From: an uncultured delta proteobacterium
Lineage (GTDB): Bacteria > Myxococcota > Kuafuiibacteriia > Kuafuiibacteriales > Kuafuiibacteriaceae
DNA: 64,000 nt
NCBI GenBank assembly: GCA_963803435.1
Contig: CAWDML010000001.1
Coordinates: 2,720,001 to 2,784,000, forward strand
Direction of reading: 5' to 3'
Each line of letters begins with the position of its first letter. Positions within the stretch are counted from its first letter, which is position 1. A model generated the notes under the pieces. The model was not told the DNA's origin and made no database searches. It worked only from the letters and a program-made list of their open reading frames with translations. The position numbers and the translations under genes are program-made. Of this stretch, positions 17,652-27,600 are shown piece by piece.

Positions 17652-18773
17652 ATGCGGCGCCGTGTTTTACTCGGCTTTTCGCTGCTTTGCGCATGTGGGC
17701 CCCACGCCGGTGAAGAAGACTCCGAGATCCTCGCGCCGTTCGAAAACTTGGCCGGCGGGGTGGTGTACGCGACCGCGGCCATCCCCGGCGCCAACGGCTA
17801 CGACCTGTGGTGGTCGCCCGTTCCGCTGGGCGGAACGGCGGAGCGCGTCCCCTACACGCGCCTGACCAGCAGTCGCGGCGACGAGTGGCAACCGTCGGTC
17901 TCGGCGGGCGGCCGAGCGCTCGCCTTCGCCCGAAAAGACGACGGCATCTTCCTGATCACCGAGAGTGGGCGCATCAGCCGCATCAGCGACACCAAGGGGA
18001 CCGCGTTCGCCGACTCGCTGCCCGCCGTCTCCTTCGACGGCGTCAAGGTGGCCTGGGTGCGCGAAGACTTCGGCCGCCCCCTCGGCGACGGCGGATTCGT
18101 CGAGACCTACATCATGATCGCGAACTTCGACGGCTCGGACGCGCACGCGGTGAGCCCGCGGGAGGGCGCGGTTCAGGACGCGCCCGTGTTCGAGCCGCTG
18201 CCCCGCTCCAGCCAGCTCGCGTGGAGCGAGTTCGCGGTCTCGACGCTCACCAGCGGCGGACCGCAGGACTACGGGATCTGGGTCCACGACTACAAGCTCA
18301 ACACCGGCCGCTACGCCTGCAAGGACCCGGGCCTGATCATCCGCGAGGCGCTCTACCGCTGCTTCGGCCAGCACCTCGCCTGGCCGGTGCAGACGGCCAT
18401 CGTGGTCCCGCAGGAGTTCCTCGAGATCTCCACGTTCGGCGACGACCCCACCACGATCTATCCGGAGATTCTCGCCGGCATCAGCAGCCAGCAGGCCGGG
18501 GTCCCGGAGACCACGCCCGCGTTCAGCGGGTTTCATGCGCCCTTCCCGCTGTCCGCCAGCTACGACGGGGTGAACCGGCTCATCTTCGACGGCCTCGTCG
18601 GATCGATCGAGGGCGACTCGCCAACGCTCGGGTTCTTCGTCGCGCAGGTCGACGGTGGAGGTCTGTGGCGCCTCTTGATCCAGGATCACTCCGCTGATCT
18701 CGATCCGTCGAGCACGGGGAGCTACTTCTTCTCGGTCGCCACTCCGCAGCTGATCCCGGTAGCTTCACCGTGA
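17652..18773 (+). CDS. Lipoprotein with TolB/PD40-like repeats
   Basis: Lipobox LCAC; LT...DEWQPSVSAGGRALAF and DSLPAVSFDG.KVAW repeats. Confidence 0.65.
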   Translation: MRRRVLLGFSLLCACGPHAGEEDSEILAPFENLAGGVVYATAAIPGANGYDLWWSPVPLGGTAERVPYTRLTSSRGDEWQPSVSAGGRALAFARKDDGIFLITESGRISRISDTKGTAFADSLPAVSFDGVKVAWVREDFGRPLGDGGFVETYIMIANFDGSDAHAVSPREGAVQDAPVFEPLPRSSQLAWSEFAVSTLTSGGPQDYGIWVHDYKLNTGRYACKDPGLIIREALYRCFGQHLAWPVQTAIVVPQEFLEISTFGDDPTTIYPEILAGISSQQAGVPETTPAFSGFHAPFPLSASYDGVNRLIFDGLVGSIEGDSPTLGFFVAQVDGGGLWRLLIQDHSADLDPSSTGSYFFSVATPQLIPVASP

Positions 18774-21730
18774 AGACCGTCCTCCTGATCGAAGACGACT
18801 TCGCTCATCAGGAGCTGATCCTGAAGGCGCTCACCAGCCCGAGCGGCACCGCGATCATCTTCCGCGTCTGCTCGGCCTCCAACGGTCGCGACGCCCTGCA
18901 GGTGCTCGACGACGAGCCGATCGACGCCGTTGTGCTCGACGACTCTCTCCCCGACACCGACGCGCTCAGCCTGCTGTCCGAGATCGGCCAGCGCGCCAAC
19001 GCACCCCCGGTCGTGATCGTGACCGCGCAGGCGAACGAGCGCATGGCCGTTCTGGCGATGAAGCGCGGGGCGGCGGACTACATCGTCAAGAGCGAGGAGT
19101 TCGAGCGCGCGCTCCCGGTGGTGGTGGATCGCGCGATCGAGACCTCGGCGCTCGAGCATCGCGTCCGCATCAGCGAACGCCAGTACCGCGATCTCCTGGA
19201 GAGCTCGAACGACGCGATCTACATCCTGGTAGGGAGCACGTTCCGCTACGTGAACCAGAAATTCGCGGAGATGTTCGGGCGGACGATCGAGGAGCTGATC
19301 GAGGAGAACCTCGACTACCGGGAGCTCATCGCCCAGGAGAGCCGGCCGCTGGTGGAGGAGCGCGGCCGCAAGGTCGCCGAGAACCAGCCGCTGCCCACCC
19401 GCTACGAGTTCCGAGGCGTGCGCAAGAACCGCCAGACCTTCGACGTCGAGGTCTCGGTCTCGTACATCCAGTTCGACGGCCAGCCGGCCGTGCTCGGCAT
19501 CGTCAACGACATCACCGCGCGCAAGGCCTACGAGAAGACGCTGCTCCGCAAGAACCACGAGCTCTCGGTGCTCAACGCGGTCGCCGAGGCGATCACGCAG
19601 GTGCGCGATTTGTCGGCCATCCTCGAGGGCGTGGTGGAGCGGTTGATCGAGCTGCTCGAGGTGGACGCGGCCGGCATCTGCATCCTCGACTCGACCGGCG
19701 AGCGCTACGCCTCGGTCCACTATCGGGGGACCAGCGAGACGTTCATCCGGGAGATGCGCTGGCGGGATCCGCGCCGCGGCGTGATGGGGCTGGCGCTCGA
19801 GACGCAGGAGCTCCAGATCATCGAGGACATCCGTTCCGATCCGAGGATCCTCCACGAGGCCTCTGCGCGGGAGGGCTTCAAGTCGGCGGTGGCGCTGCCG
19901 CTGGTCAGCCACGAGCGCTGCTCCGGCGTCATCACCGTCTTCACGCGCCACCCCCGGAGGTTCGCCGAGGAGGACATCAACCTCTTCGTGGCGGTGGCGC
20001 GGCAGATCGCGGTGGCGATCGAGAACGCCCGTCTCTACCGGAAGGCCCGCGAGGGCATCGCGCGGCTCCAGGCGCTCTCCGAGATCGCGCGCGCGATCGG
20101 CTCGACGCTGGACGTCGAGGGCGTGTTCCGGATCGTCGGCGATCGTCTGCAGCGCCTGATCCCGTACCGGCGCATCGCGCTCAACATCCTCCGGCGTGAC
20201 AGCGAGTTCTTCAGCGTGCGCACGATCGAGCTCCCGGCGGCGGGCGAAGCTCCGGTGGTCCGACTGCACGAGCCGCTGCGGCTGGAGGCGGGCACACCGC
20301 TGCACCAGGCGCTCGAGACCCAGCACACGGTCGTGGTCCGGCCGGGGCGGCTCCTCGCCGAGAAGCACCCCGCGTATCCCAGGGAGGACGAGGTCCTCTC
20401 GGCGGTGGTGCCGGTGGTGGCGGACAAGACCACGCTGGGTGTCTTCGTGGTCACCACCGACGATCGAAACGGCTTCCGCGAGCGCGACCTCGATCTGCTC
20501 CGCGATCTCGCGGCGCACATGGCCATCTCGCTGAAGAACGCGCGCGTGTTCCAGGAGCTCGAGCGCGCCTACAAGGAGCTCAGGGACGCAAAAGATCAGC
20601 TCGTGCGATCCGAAAAGCTCCACTCGCTGGGCGAGCTGGCGGCCGGCGTGGCCCACGACTTCAACAACGTCCTCAGCGCAATCCTGGGGCGCGCGCAGAT
20701 GTTGAGCGTGCTGCTCAAGGACGAGGACATCCTGAAATCGGTGCGCGTGATCGAACGCGCCGCGCTCGACGGCGCCGGGACGGTCCGGCGCATCCAGGAG
20801 TTCGCGAAGGAGAAGTCGGAGGGCGAGTTCGTCGGGTTGAGCCTCAACTCACTGGTGCGGGACGCCGTCGATCTGACCACGCATCGCGTGAACGAGCTCG
20901 GCATCGGCATCGACATGCAGGTCCACTTCGGCGAGGTGCTGTCGGTGCTCGGCAACCCGACGGAGCTGCGCGAGGTGCTGACCAACCTGATCTACAACGC
21001 GATCGACGCGATGCCGCACGGCGGGCGGCTGGCGGTGCGCACCGGGTCCGAGGACGACCGATCCTGGTTCGAGGTGGAGGACACGGGGATCGGGATGGAC
21101 GAGGAGACGCAGAACAAGATCTTCGATCCCTTCTTCACCACCAAGGGCGCGCGGGGGACCGGCCTGGGTATGTCGGTGTCGTACGGCATCGTGCAGCGGC
21201 ACCGCGGGTCGTTCACCCTCGTCTCCCAGAAGGGGGTGGGTACCCGGATTCAGGTTGATTTCCCGACGTACGACGCCCGGGCGGACTTCGCCGAGCCGTC
21301 CGACGAGCGGCGGGCGACAGACTCTGATAAACCCCAGATGGGAGTCCGGATCCTGGTGATCGACGACGACATTGCGGTCCGCGACGTGCTGGCTGATATC
21401 CTCCGGACGGGCGACCATCACGTCGTCGCCGCTGCGACGGGACAGGAGGGCATCGAACTTTTCAAGGGGTCCGAGTTCGACATCGTCTTCACTGACCTAG
21501 GGATGCCGGGGATGGACGGATGGCAGGTCGCCCACGGGATCAAGTCGATCAACCCGGATACGCCGGTCGGCTTGATCACGGGATGGGGATCCACCATCGA
21601 CGACCAGCAGCTCAAGGATCGAGGGGTGGACCTGATCGTGGCCAAACCGTTCCGGTTCAATCAAGTCCTCGAGATTGTGGCGGAGGCGATCGAGATCAAG
21701 AGCCGCCGGACCGAACGGCTTGGAGGTTGA
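18770..21730 (+). CDS. Cytoplasmic hybrid histidine kinase REC-PAS-GAF-GAF-HK-REC
   Basis: N-terminal REC (IEDD), PAS (YVNQKF...DITARK), two GAF domains (AIENARLY, LKNARVF), AHDFNN, FFTTK..GTGLG and C-terminal REC. Confidence 0.93.
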   Translation: MKTVLLIEDDFAHQELILKALTSPSGTAIIFRVCSASNGRDALQVLDDEPIDAVVLDDSLPDTDALSLLSEIGQRANAPPVVIVTAQANERMAVLAMKRGAADYIVKSEEFERALPVVVDRAIETSALEHRVRISERQYRDLLESSNDAIYILVGSTFRYVNQKFAEMFGRTIEELIEENLDYRELIAQESRPLVEERGRKVAENQPLPTRYEFRGVRKNRQTFDVEVSVSYIQFDGQPAVLGIVNDITARKAYEKTLLRKNHELSVLNAVAEAITQVRDLSAILEGVVERLIELLEVDAAGICILDSTGERYASVHYRGTSETFIREMRWRDPRRGVMGLALETQELQIIEDIRSDPRILHEASAREGFKSAVALPLVSHERCSGVITVFTRHPRRFAEEDINLFVAVARQIAVAIENARLYRKAREGIARLQALSEIARAIGSTLDVEGVFRIVGDRLQRLIPYRRIALNILRRDSEFFSVRTIELPAAGEAPVVRLHEPLRLEAGTPLHQALETQHTVVVRPGRLLAEKHPAYPREDEVLSAVVPVVADKTTLGVFVVTTDDRNGFRERDLDLLRDLAAHMAISLKNARVFQELERAYKELRDAKDQLVRSEKLHSLGELAAGVAHDFNNVLSAILGRAQMLSVLLKDEDILKSVRVIERAALDGAGTVRRIQEFAKEKSEGEFVGLSLNSLVRDAVDLTTHRVNELGIGIDMQVHFGEVLSVLGNPTELREVLTNLIYNAIDAMPHGGRLAVRTGSEDDRSWFEVEDTGIGMDEETQNKIFDPFFTTKGARGTGLGMSVSYGIVQRHRGSFTLVSQKGVGTRIQVDFPTYDARADFAEPSDERRATDSDKPQMGVRILVIDDDIAVRDVLADILRTGDHHVVAAATGQEGIELFKGSEFDIVFTDLGMPGMDGWQVAHGIKSINPDTPVGLITGWGSTIDDQQLKDRGVDLIVAKPFRFNQVLEIVAEAIEIKSRRTERLGG

Positions 21731-21740
21731 CCGCCGCACC

Positions 21741-23585
21741 GTGGCCAACAACGACGTCCTACAGAACGCGCCGGTGGCCGGGGTCCGGAGACGCTTCCCG
21801 CGGAACTTCGGCCGCTACATCCTGGACAAGACCCTGTCGCGCGGTGGGATGGGCGAGGTCTACCTGGCGGTCGCGCGCGGTCCGAACAAGTGGTGCGTCA
21901 TCAAGACGATCCGGGGGGACCTGACCGGAGACGACGAGTTCATCGGACGCTTCGCCGACGAGGCGAAGATCATGGTCCGCATCAGCCACGACAACATCAT
22001 CCGCGTCTTCGACGCGGGCAAGGTCGAGTACGACTACTACATCGCGATGGAGTACGTGCACGGGCGCGACCTTGGCGACGTGCTGGATCGCGCCTACGAG
22101 CGCGGCGAGCCCATGCCGACGCAGCTCGGCCTGTACGTCGCCTCGTACGTATTGCGCGGGCTCCAATACGCGCACCGACTCACCGACGAGCAGGGCAGGC
22201 ACATGGGCCTGGTCCACCGTGACATCTCTCCGCAGAACGTGCTGATCGGCTTCGACGGCTCAGTGAAGATCATCGACTTCGGCCTGGCGCGCACCGATCT
22301 TCTCCCGGCACGAACCCAGGGCGCGCTCGCGGTCGGCAAGTACGGCTACATGTCCCCGGAGCAGGCTCGCCACGAGAACATCGACGGTCGCGCCGACATC
22401 TACTCGACCGGCGTGATGCTCTTCGAGGTCTTCACAGGCGATCGCCTGGTCGACGAGCAGGATCAGGCGACGCTCTGGCAGCGCGTGCTCAGCCCGAAGC
22501 ACCGGGCGCCGCGCTCCGTGGTTCCGGGGCTCCCCAAGGAGATCGACGAGCTGGTCATGACCGCGGTCTCGGTGAACCCGGGGGACCGCTTCGGCGATGC
22601 CAGCCGGATGCTGGAGTTCGTCGACTCCATGCGCAACGAGGACAGCAACCGCGAATCCTTCACGCGTTACCTGCGCTATCTCTACGCGAAAGTCGACTTC
22701 TCGCCCCCGCAGGTCCCGACCTACACCGGCGAGATCGGCTGGGGTACCGAACGTTCCATCATCATCGCCACCTCGCGGGAGGGCGCGCTGTCGGTGTTCG
22801 GCCGCGGCGAGCTCGCGATCGAGGGCACCACGCAGATCAACGCGAACGAGCTGCGGCGCGCGTTCCAGCGGCGCGAGGAGAAGAGGAACTTCGAGGTCAC
22901 CACCGACGCCGCCGAGCTCCCACGCCGGGACGAGGGCATGCCGCCGCCGTCGGCGCGGCTGATCGACGACACGCTCGATCCGCCGACGCAGATCAGCCGC
23001 ATGCCGCTGGAGGCTCCGCTCACGGCGCCGGTGATCGAGCAGACGGACGACGACGAGCTCGGCTTGCTCGACGACGACCAGACGATCCAGGCGGCGCCGG
23101 TGCACGGGCTGGCACACTTCGGCCAGTACCGCGACGACGAGATGACCGTGATGATGGATGCGCCGCCGCGCCTCGCACCGGGCACCGCGCCGGAAGAGGA
23201 CGGGGGCGACGCGCCCACGCGGCTGTCGCGGCTGCCCAAGGAGGGGCCGCGCGAGTCCAAGCTGCAGCGGGGCCGCGCGATCAAGGAGCGGGTCTCGGCG
23301 CAGGATCCCAGCGAGCGTGTCGACCGCCGGCCGCCCGCGCCCACGCAGCCGATCCGGGAGGCGCGGGAGGCGCCCAAGCCGATCTTCGCCCATCGCGTCA
23401 CCGTCATGGCCTCGGGCGATACCAAGCCGGTCGCACGTGCCGAGGTGATGGGCCACCCGCCGGTGGAGCCGACCCAGCCGGAGCGCGATCCTCCGACGGG
23501 CCTGGGCGTCTTCTTCACGGTCATGATCGGGTTCGGTGTCGCCGTGCTGATCGCCGTGTTCATCTGGTTCCTCCTCAACCTGTGA
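21741..23585 (+). CDS. Ser/Thr protein kinase with a C-terminal TM helix
   Basis: GGMGEV, HRDISPQN, DFG and GKYGYMSPEQ; long low-complexity linker; terminal hydrophobic helix. Confidence 0.92.
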   Translation: MANNDVLQNAPVAGVRRRFPRNFGRYILDKTLSRGGMGEVYLAVARGPNKWCVIKTIRGDLTGDDEFIGRFADEAKIMVRISHDNIIRVFDAGKVEYDYYIAMEYVHGRDLGDVLDRAYERGEPMPTQLGLYVASYVLRGLQYAHRLTDEQGRHMGLVHRDISPQNVLIGFDGSVKIIDFGLARTDLLPARTQGALAVGKYGYMSPEQARHENIDGRADIYSTGVMLFEVFTGDRLVDEQDQATLWQRVLSPKHRAPRSVVPGLPKEIDELVMTAVSVNPGDRFGDASRMLEFVDSMRNEDSNRESFTRYLRYLYAKVDFSPPQVPTYTGEIGWGTERSIIIATSREGALSVFGRGELAIEGTTQINANELRRAFQRREEKRNFEVTTDAAELPRRDEGMPPPSARLIDDTLDPPTQISRMPLEAPLTAPVIEQTDDDELGLLDDDQTIQAAPVHGLAHFGQYRDDEMTVMMDAPPRLAPGTAPEEDGGDAPTRLSRLPKEGPRESKLQRGRAIKERVSAQDPSERVDRRPPAPTQPIREAREAPKPIFAHRVTVMASGDTKPVARAEVMGHPPVEPTQPERDPPTGLGVFFTVMIGFGVAVLIAVFIWFLLNL

Positions 23586-23662
23586 CGCCGTCACGGCAGC
23601 GCCGGGGTGACAGCGGCGGCTTTCGCTCGCGAAACTGCGCGGTCCGGGTTTTGATGACGCCC

Positions 23663-24973
23663 ATGGCGATGCGCTGGATCTCCTCCTCGATCGTCCTTCT
23701 CGGTGGGCTGGTGCTCGGGGGCTGTGGCGGGCCGCAGTGTGATGCCGAGGGCCTGCGATCGGCGCTCGCGGGTGCGAGCGGCGGCGACGTGGTGCACGTC
23801 GGTGCCTGCCGGATCAGCGGTGACTTCACGCTCCCCGCCGGGGTGACGCTCAGCGGTGAGGCCGGGAGCACGATCGCGGGTCGGATCGATCTGTCTGGGG
23901 GCGGACGCGTCGAGCACCTGGCCGTCGAGTCGAACGACGCGGGCGTGGTGGCGCAAAGCGGCGGCGCGGTGGCCTTGGAGGACGTCCAGGTCACGGCCAG
24001 CACCGGCATCGGGGTCGCCGCGGACGGCGTCGCCTCCCTCACGATGCAGGACGTGACGCTGCGAGGCCCGGTCGACGCCAGCAACGTCTCGGCGCTCTTC
24101 GGTACTGAGCCCGATCCAGAGGAGACGGCCACCCACGGGCTGATCGTCGTCGACGTTCCCAGCGCGACCCTCAGCGGCGTCTCGTCGCGCGGCTTCGCCC
24201 GCTTCGGCGCGCTGCTCAAGGACAGCGTCACGAGCTGGTCGGACGGGGACGCGAACGAGAACGCCTGGGTCGGGATCATGGTCGCGCAGGGGAGCGCCAC
24301 GCTCACCGACGTCGACGTGCACGACACCTTCGATCTCCAGCTCGCCGACGGAGCCACCTTCGGAGTGGTGACCGCGAGCGCGGCGGTGGCGTCTACCCGG
24401 CTGTCGGTGATGGGCTCCGGCGGCTTTGGGCTCTTCCACCTGCGCGGGAGCGCCGTGCATCAGGACCTCACCGCCCGCAGCAACTCGCACGGCGGGGTCC
24501 GGCTGGAGCTCACCGGCGAGGCCGAGCTCGGCGGCGAGATCTCCGACAACGACTTCGGTGCGATCGTCGCGTACGGCGCGAACAACCTCACGATCCGCGA
24601 CGCCACCATTGCGAACAACGCCATGGCGATCCGCCAGGAGAACGGCGGCGTCGAGGCCGGCGACGGGATCCAGCTGGTCGACAGCACGCGCGGAGCGCTG
24701 ATCCAGAACACCACCATCTCCGGGAACGACCGGGCCGGGATCGTGATCGACCTCTTCGGACAGAACCTGGAGGCCGGCGTGTTCGACAACGTCACCGTCG
24801 AGCGGGACTCGGCGGCCGAGAACGGTGTGATCGTACAAGACGGCACCCGTGCCACCGGTTGGGACGTCGGCCTGATGCGCGACGCCGCCACCGTGCAGGC
24901 GGACGAGGCGTTCACCAACGTGATCGACACCGTAGGGGCGGTGGGGCCCTGCTTCGTACCGGTGCCTCAGTAG
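23663..24973 (+). CDS. Lipoprotein with right-handed parallel beta-helix repeats
   Basis: Lipobox LGGC; repeated Asn-ladder units (ISDNDFGAI, ISGNDRAGI). Confidence 0.7.
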   Translation: MAMRWISSSIVLLGGLVLGGCGGPQCDAEGLRSALAGASGGDVVHVGACRISGDFTLPAGVTLSGEAGSTIAGRIDLSGGGRVEHLAVESNDAGVVAQSGGAVALEDVQVTASTGIGVAADGVASLTMQDVTLRGPVDASNVSALFGTEPDPEETATHGLIVVDVPSATLSGVSSRGFARFGALLKDSVTSWSDGDANENAWVGIMVAQGSATLTDVDVHDTFDLQLADGATFGVVTASAAVASTRLSVMGSGGFGLFHLRGSAVHQDLTARSNSHGGVRLELTGEAELGGEISDNDFGAIVAYGANNLTIRDATIANNAMAIRQENGGVEAGDGIQLVDSTRGALIQNTTISGNDRAGIVIDLFGQNLEAGVFDNVTVERDSAAENGVIVQDGTRATGWDVGLMRDAATVQADEAFTNVIDTVGAVGPCFVPVPQ

Positions 24974-27597
24974 AGACCGGTGGTGTCGGTGCTGGGCAGA
25001 GGCGTGTTCCGCGAGGCAACGCCGTCGACCTCGTTGCCGGTGTAGACGACGGTCGTGGTGATCCGCGACTGATCGAAGCTGGGATCGCGGACGTCGGCTC
25101 CGAGCACGCTGTGCGCGATCGTGCCGTCGACCAGATCGATCTGACCGCCGGTGAGCTGCACACCCGCGCGGGGACCGTCGATGGTCAGGCCCGTCTCGAC
25201 GTTGTCCGAGAGGAGGAATCCGGAGAGCGCGATCCGACCTCCGATCGCGGCGAAGATGCCGATCCCTCCGGGCGCGTCGCAGGTGCCGTCGTCGAAGCAC
25301 GCGTTGTGGCGCGTCCCCAGGACGCGGATGTCGCGCCCAAAGATCTGGGCGCGCGAGGCCAGTATGCCCACCTCGCCGCTGTCTTCGACGCACGCGCGCT
25401 CGACGTCGACCCGCGCCCCCTCCTGGGCCTGGATCCCGCGTCCGTAGGCGCCCTCGAGCGGACCGGTGTGTCGCAGCGCGGCGTCCCGCAGGTTGAGGCG
25501 TGAGTCGCCGGCGACGAAGATCGCGACCTCGACGTTGTCCTCGAGGCGGGCGCGCGTGACGGTGGCAGTGGCGCCCAGCTCGAGCGAGACGCCTCGCCCG
25601 ACCGGAAACCCGAACGACGACACGCCGGGTTGGGTGCGGCTGAGGATCAGATCCTGGAGATCGAGACGCGCCGACGAGGCGCCCACGATCCCGGCGGCGT
25701 GGACATGATCGATCCGGAGGCGCCGGCCGATGACGGAGGCATGATCGTTGACCGCGAGACCGAGCCCGAAGACGCCCGCGGCCGGCTGGGTGTCGAGAAT
25801 GGAGACGTCGTCGAGCTCGACCTCCGCGGAGGCCTGAGAGACCACGCCGTAGAGCTCGCCGCGCTCGAACTGCCCGCGGTGCACGATCGCGCGCGTGCGC
25901 GGGCCGTCCGCGACCAGCCCCACACCGCCCTCGCCGTGTCCGGCCACGACGGCCGAGTCGCGCATCGTGAGATCGTCGAAGACGGCGACCGCCCCGGTGT
26001 CCATCTCGATTCCGGAGCCCTGGATCTCCTCGATCAGGACCCGCGTCAGCGCGATGCTGGAGCCGGACTCGATGCTGATGCCGTTGCCGTCGAGTCGCTC
26101 GAGCCCGGCACCGACGCCGGAGATCGTGACGTCGTTGCCGCGGACCTGGGCGGCGGGGCCGAACACCTCGATCCCCGCGTTGTGGTGTCCCTCGATCCGG
26201 ACCTGGTTGAGCCAGACCTCTGCGTTCTCGTGGAGGGAGAGCCCGAGGCCAGCGCCGTCGAGGCCGTCGTGCATCCCGACCGTCGCGGTGTTCACGTAGT
26301 GCAGCTTGGTGTCGCGGAGGATCGCCAACGTGGCGGTGAGCGTCTGGCCGGAGCCGCCGAGGGTGATGGCGGAGCGCTCGTTGTCGGCGATCAACGTCCG
26401 TGTGAGCGCAATCCGGGAGCGGGCGCCCTCGCGATCGAGCGAGTCGTTGGCGACGATGCCCTGGCCGGCGGACTCGGCGTCCTTGAAGATGGTGCCGCGG
26501 ACGACGCTGTCCTCCAGGGTCACCGTGCCGTCGAAGACGTCGATCCCGTAGCCGGTGTTCAGCGCCACGTCGGTCCGCAAGAGCGTCAGCTCACCCCCGG
26601 CGAAGACCGTCGCGCCGGCGTCCAGGTTGCCGCTGAGCGCAGCGTCCTCGAGACGGGCCGTCGACAGCGGCGAGGAGGAAGCGGCGACCGCGATGCCGGC
26701 GGCGCTGCCCTCCGAGATCACGGACGCGAGCTCGAGCGCGGCGTCCAGCACCGTGAGGCCGGCGCTGCGCGCGGTCGCGGCGGGAGAGACGACGTCCTGG
26801 ACCACGACGCGAGAACCCGTGATCAGGGCGCCGTCCTGGGCCTGGATGCCGGCGCGGATGGTGTCGTGTACCCACACGCCCTCCAGGTGGAGCTCGATGC
26901 CGGCGCCCTCGGTGTACACGCCGAACGTCTGTCCGGTGACCGAGACGTTGCCGAGCCCCGACCATCCCTCGAGCGCGGCCACGACGAGCTGCGGCTGGGT
27001 GCCCGTCGAGGTCCGGATCACGGTGTCGCGCGCGCACGCGCCCCAGACGATCGCGTCCTTCGGGAGCCCGACCGGTTGCGCGGAGGGATAGTCGCCCTTC
27101 GAGAGGAGGATCGCGGTCTCCCGCCCCGAGTCGCGAGCCGCCACCCGGGCGTCGCGGAACGAGCGCAGCGCCCGCTCGGGCGTGGCGCCGTCGCCGCCCT
27201 CCTGCGCCCTCGGGTTCACGTAGATGCGGGGCCACGCCGCGTACGCCTCGGGCGGCTCCGAGAAGTCGCCGGAGGGACACGCGGTGCCGATGGGCGCGCA
27301 GCCCTCGGTCCCGGGAAAGTGCGCCTCGCCGTCGGGACAGGGCGCGCGGCCGCCCGGAGGCCACGCCGAGCAGGCGCCGTCGTCCAGGCTCCAGCCCGCG
27401 GGGCAGCTCCACGCCACCGGCGCCGGCAGGTCGGGCGCCTCGGGCTCTGTCACCTCGACGGCGCAAGCCTCGGGTCCACCGTCCCTCGTCGCGATCCCGC
27501 CGTCGGGCGCGGGCGGCACGATCTCGTCGTCTTGCGCGGACCCGCCGCATCCGAACGCGGGCACCAGCAGAGCCAGGAGAGCCACACGGAGCAGCAT
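24967..27597 (-). CDS. Large lipoprotein with a Cys-rich N-terminus and beta-helix repeats
   Basis: Lipobox AFGC; YVNP...GDG.T...AL motif; many G(I/L)x(A/V) beta-helix repeats. Confidence 0.7.
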   Translation of the reverse strand: MLLRVALLALLVPAFGCGGSAQDDEIVPPAPDGGIATRDGGPEACAVEVTEPEAPDLPAPVAWSCPAGWSLDDGACSAWPPGGRAPCPDGEAHFPGTEGCAPIGTACPSGDFSEPPEAYAAWPRIYVNPRAQEGGDGATPERALRSFRDARVAARDSGRETAILLSKGDYPSAQPVGLPKDAIVWGACARDTVIRTSTGTQPQLVVAALEGWSGLGNVSVTGQTFGVYTEGAGIELHLEGVWVHDTIRAGIQAQDGALITGSRVVVQDVVSPAATARSAGLTVLDAALELASVISEGSAAGIAVAASSSPLSTARLEDAALSGNLDAGATVFAGGELTLLRTDVALNTGYGIDVFDGTVTLEDSVVRGTIFKDAESAGQGIVANDSLDREGARSRIALTRTLIADNERSAITLGGSGQTLTATLAILRDTKLHYVNTATVGMHDGLDGAGLGLSLHENAEVWLNQVRIEGHHNAGIEVFGPAAQVRGNDVTISGVGAGLERLDGNGISIESGSSIALTRVLIEEIQGSGIEMDTGAVAVFDDLTMRDSAVVAGHGEGGVGLVADGPRTRAIVHRGQFERGELYGVVSQASAEVELDDVSILDTQPAAGVFGLGLAVNDHASVIGRRLRIDHVHAAGIVGASSARLDLQDLILSRTQPGVSSFGFPVGRGVSLELGATATVTRARLEDNVEVAIFVAGDSRLNLRDAALRHTGPLEGAYGRGIQAQEGARVDVERACVEDSGEVGILASRAQIFGRDIRVLGTRHNACFDDGTCDAPGGIGIFAAIGGRIALSGFLLSDNVETGLTIDGPRAGVQLTGGQIDLVDGTIAHSVLGADVRDPSFDQSRITTTVVYTGNEVDGVASRNTPLPSTDTTGLY

Positions 27598-27600
27598 GCG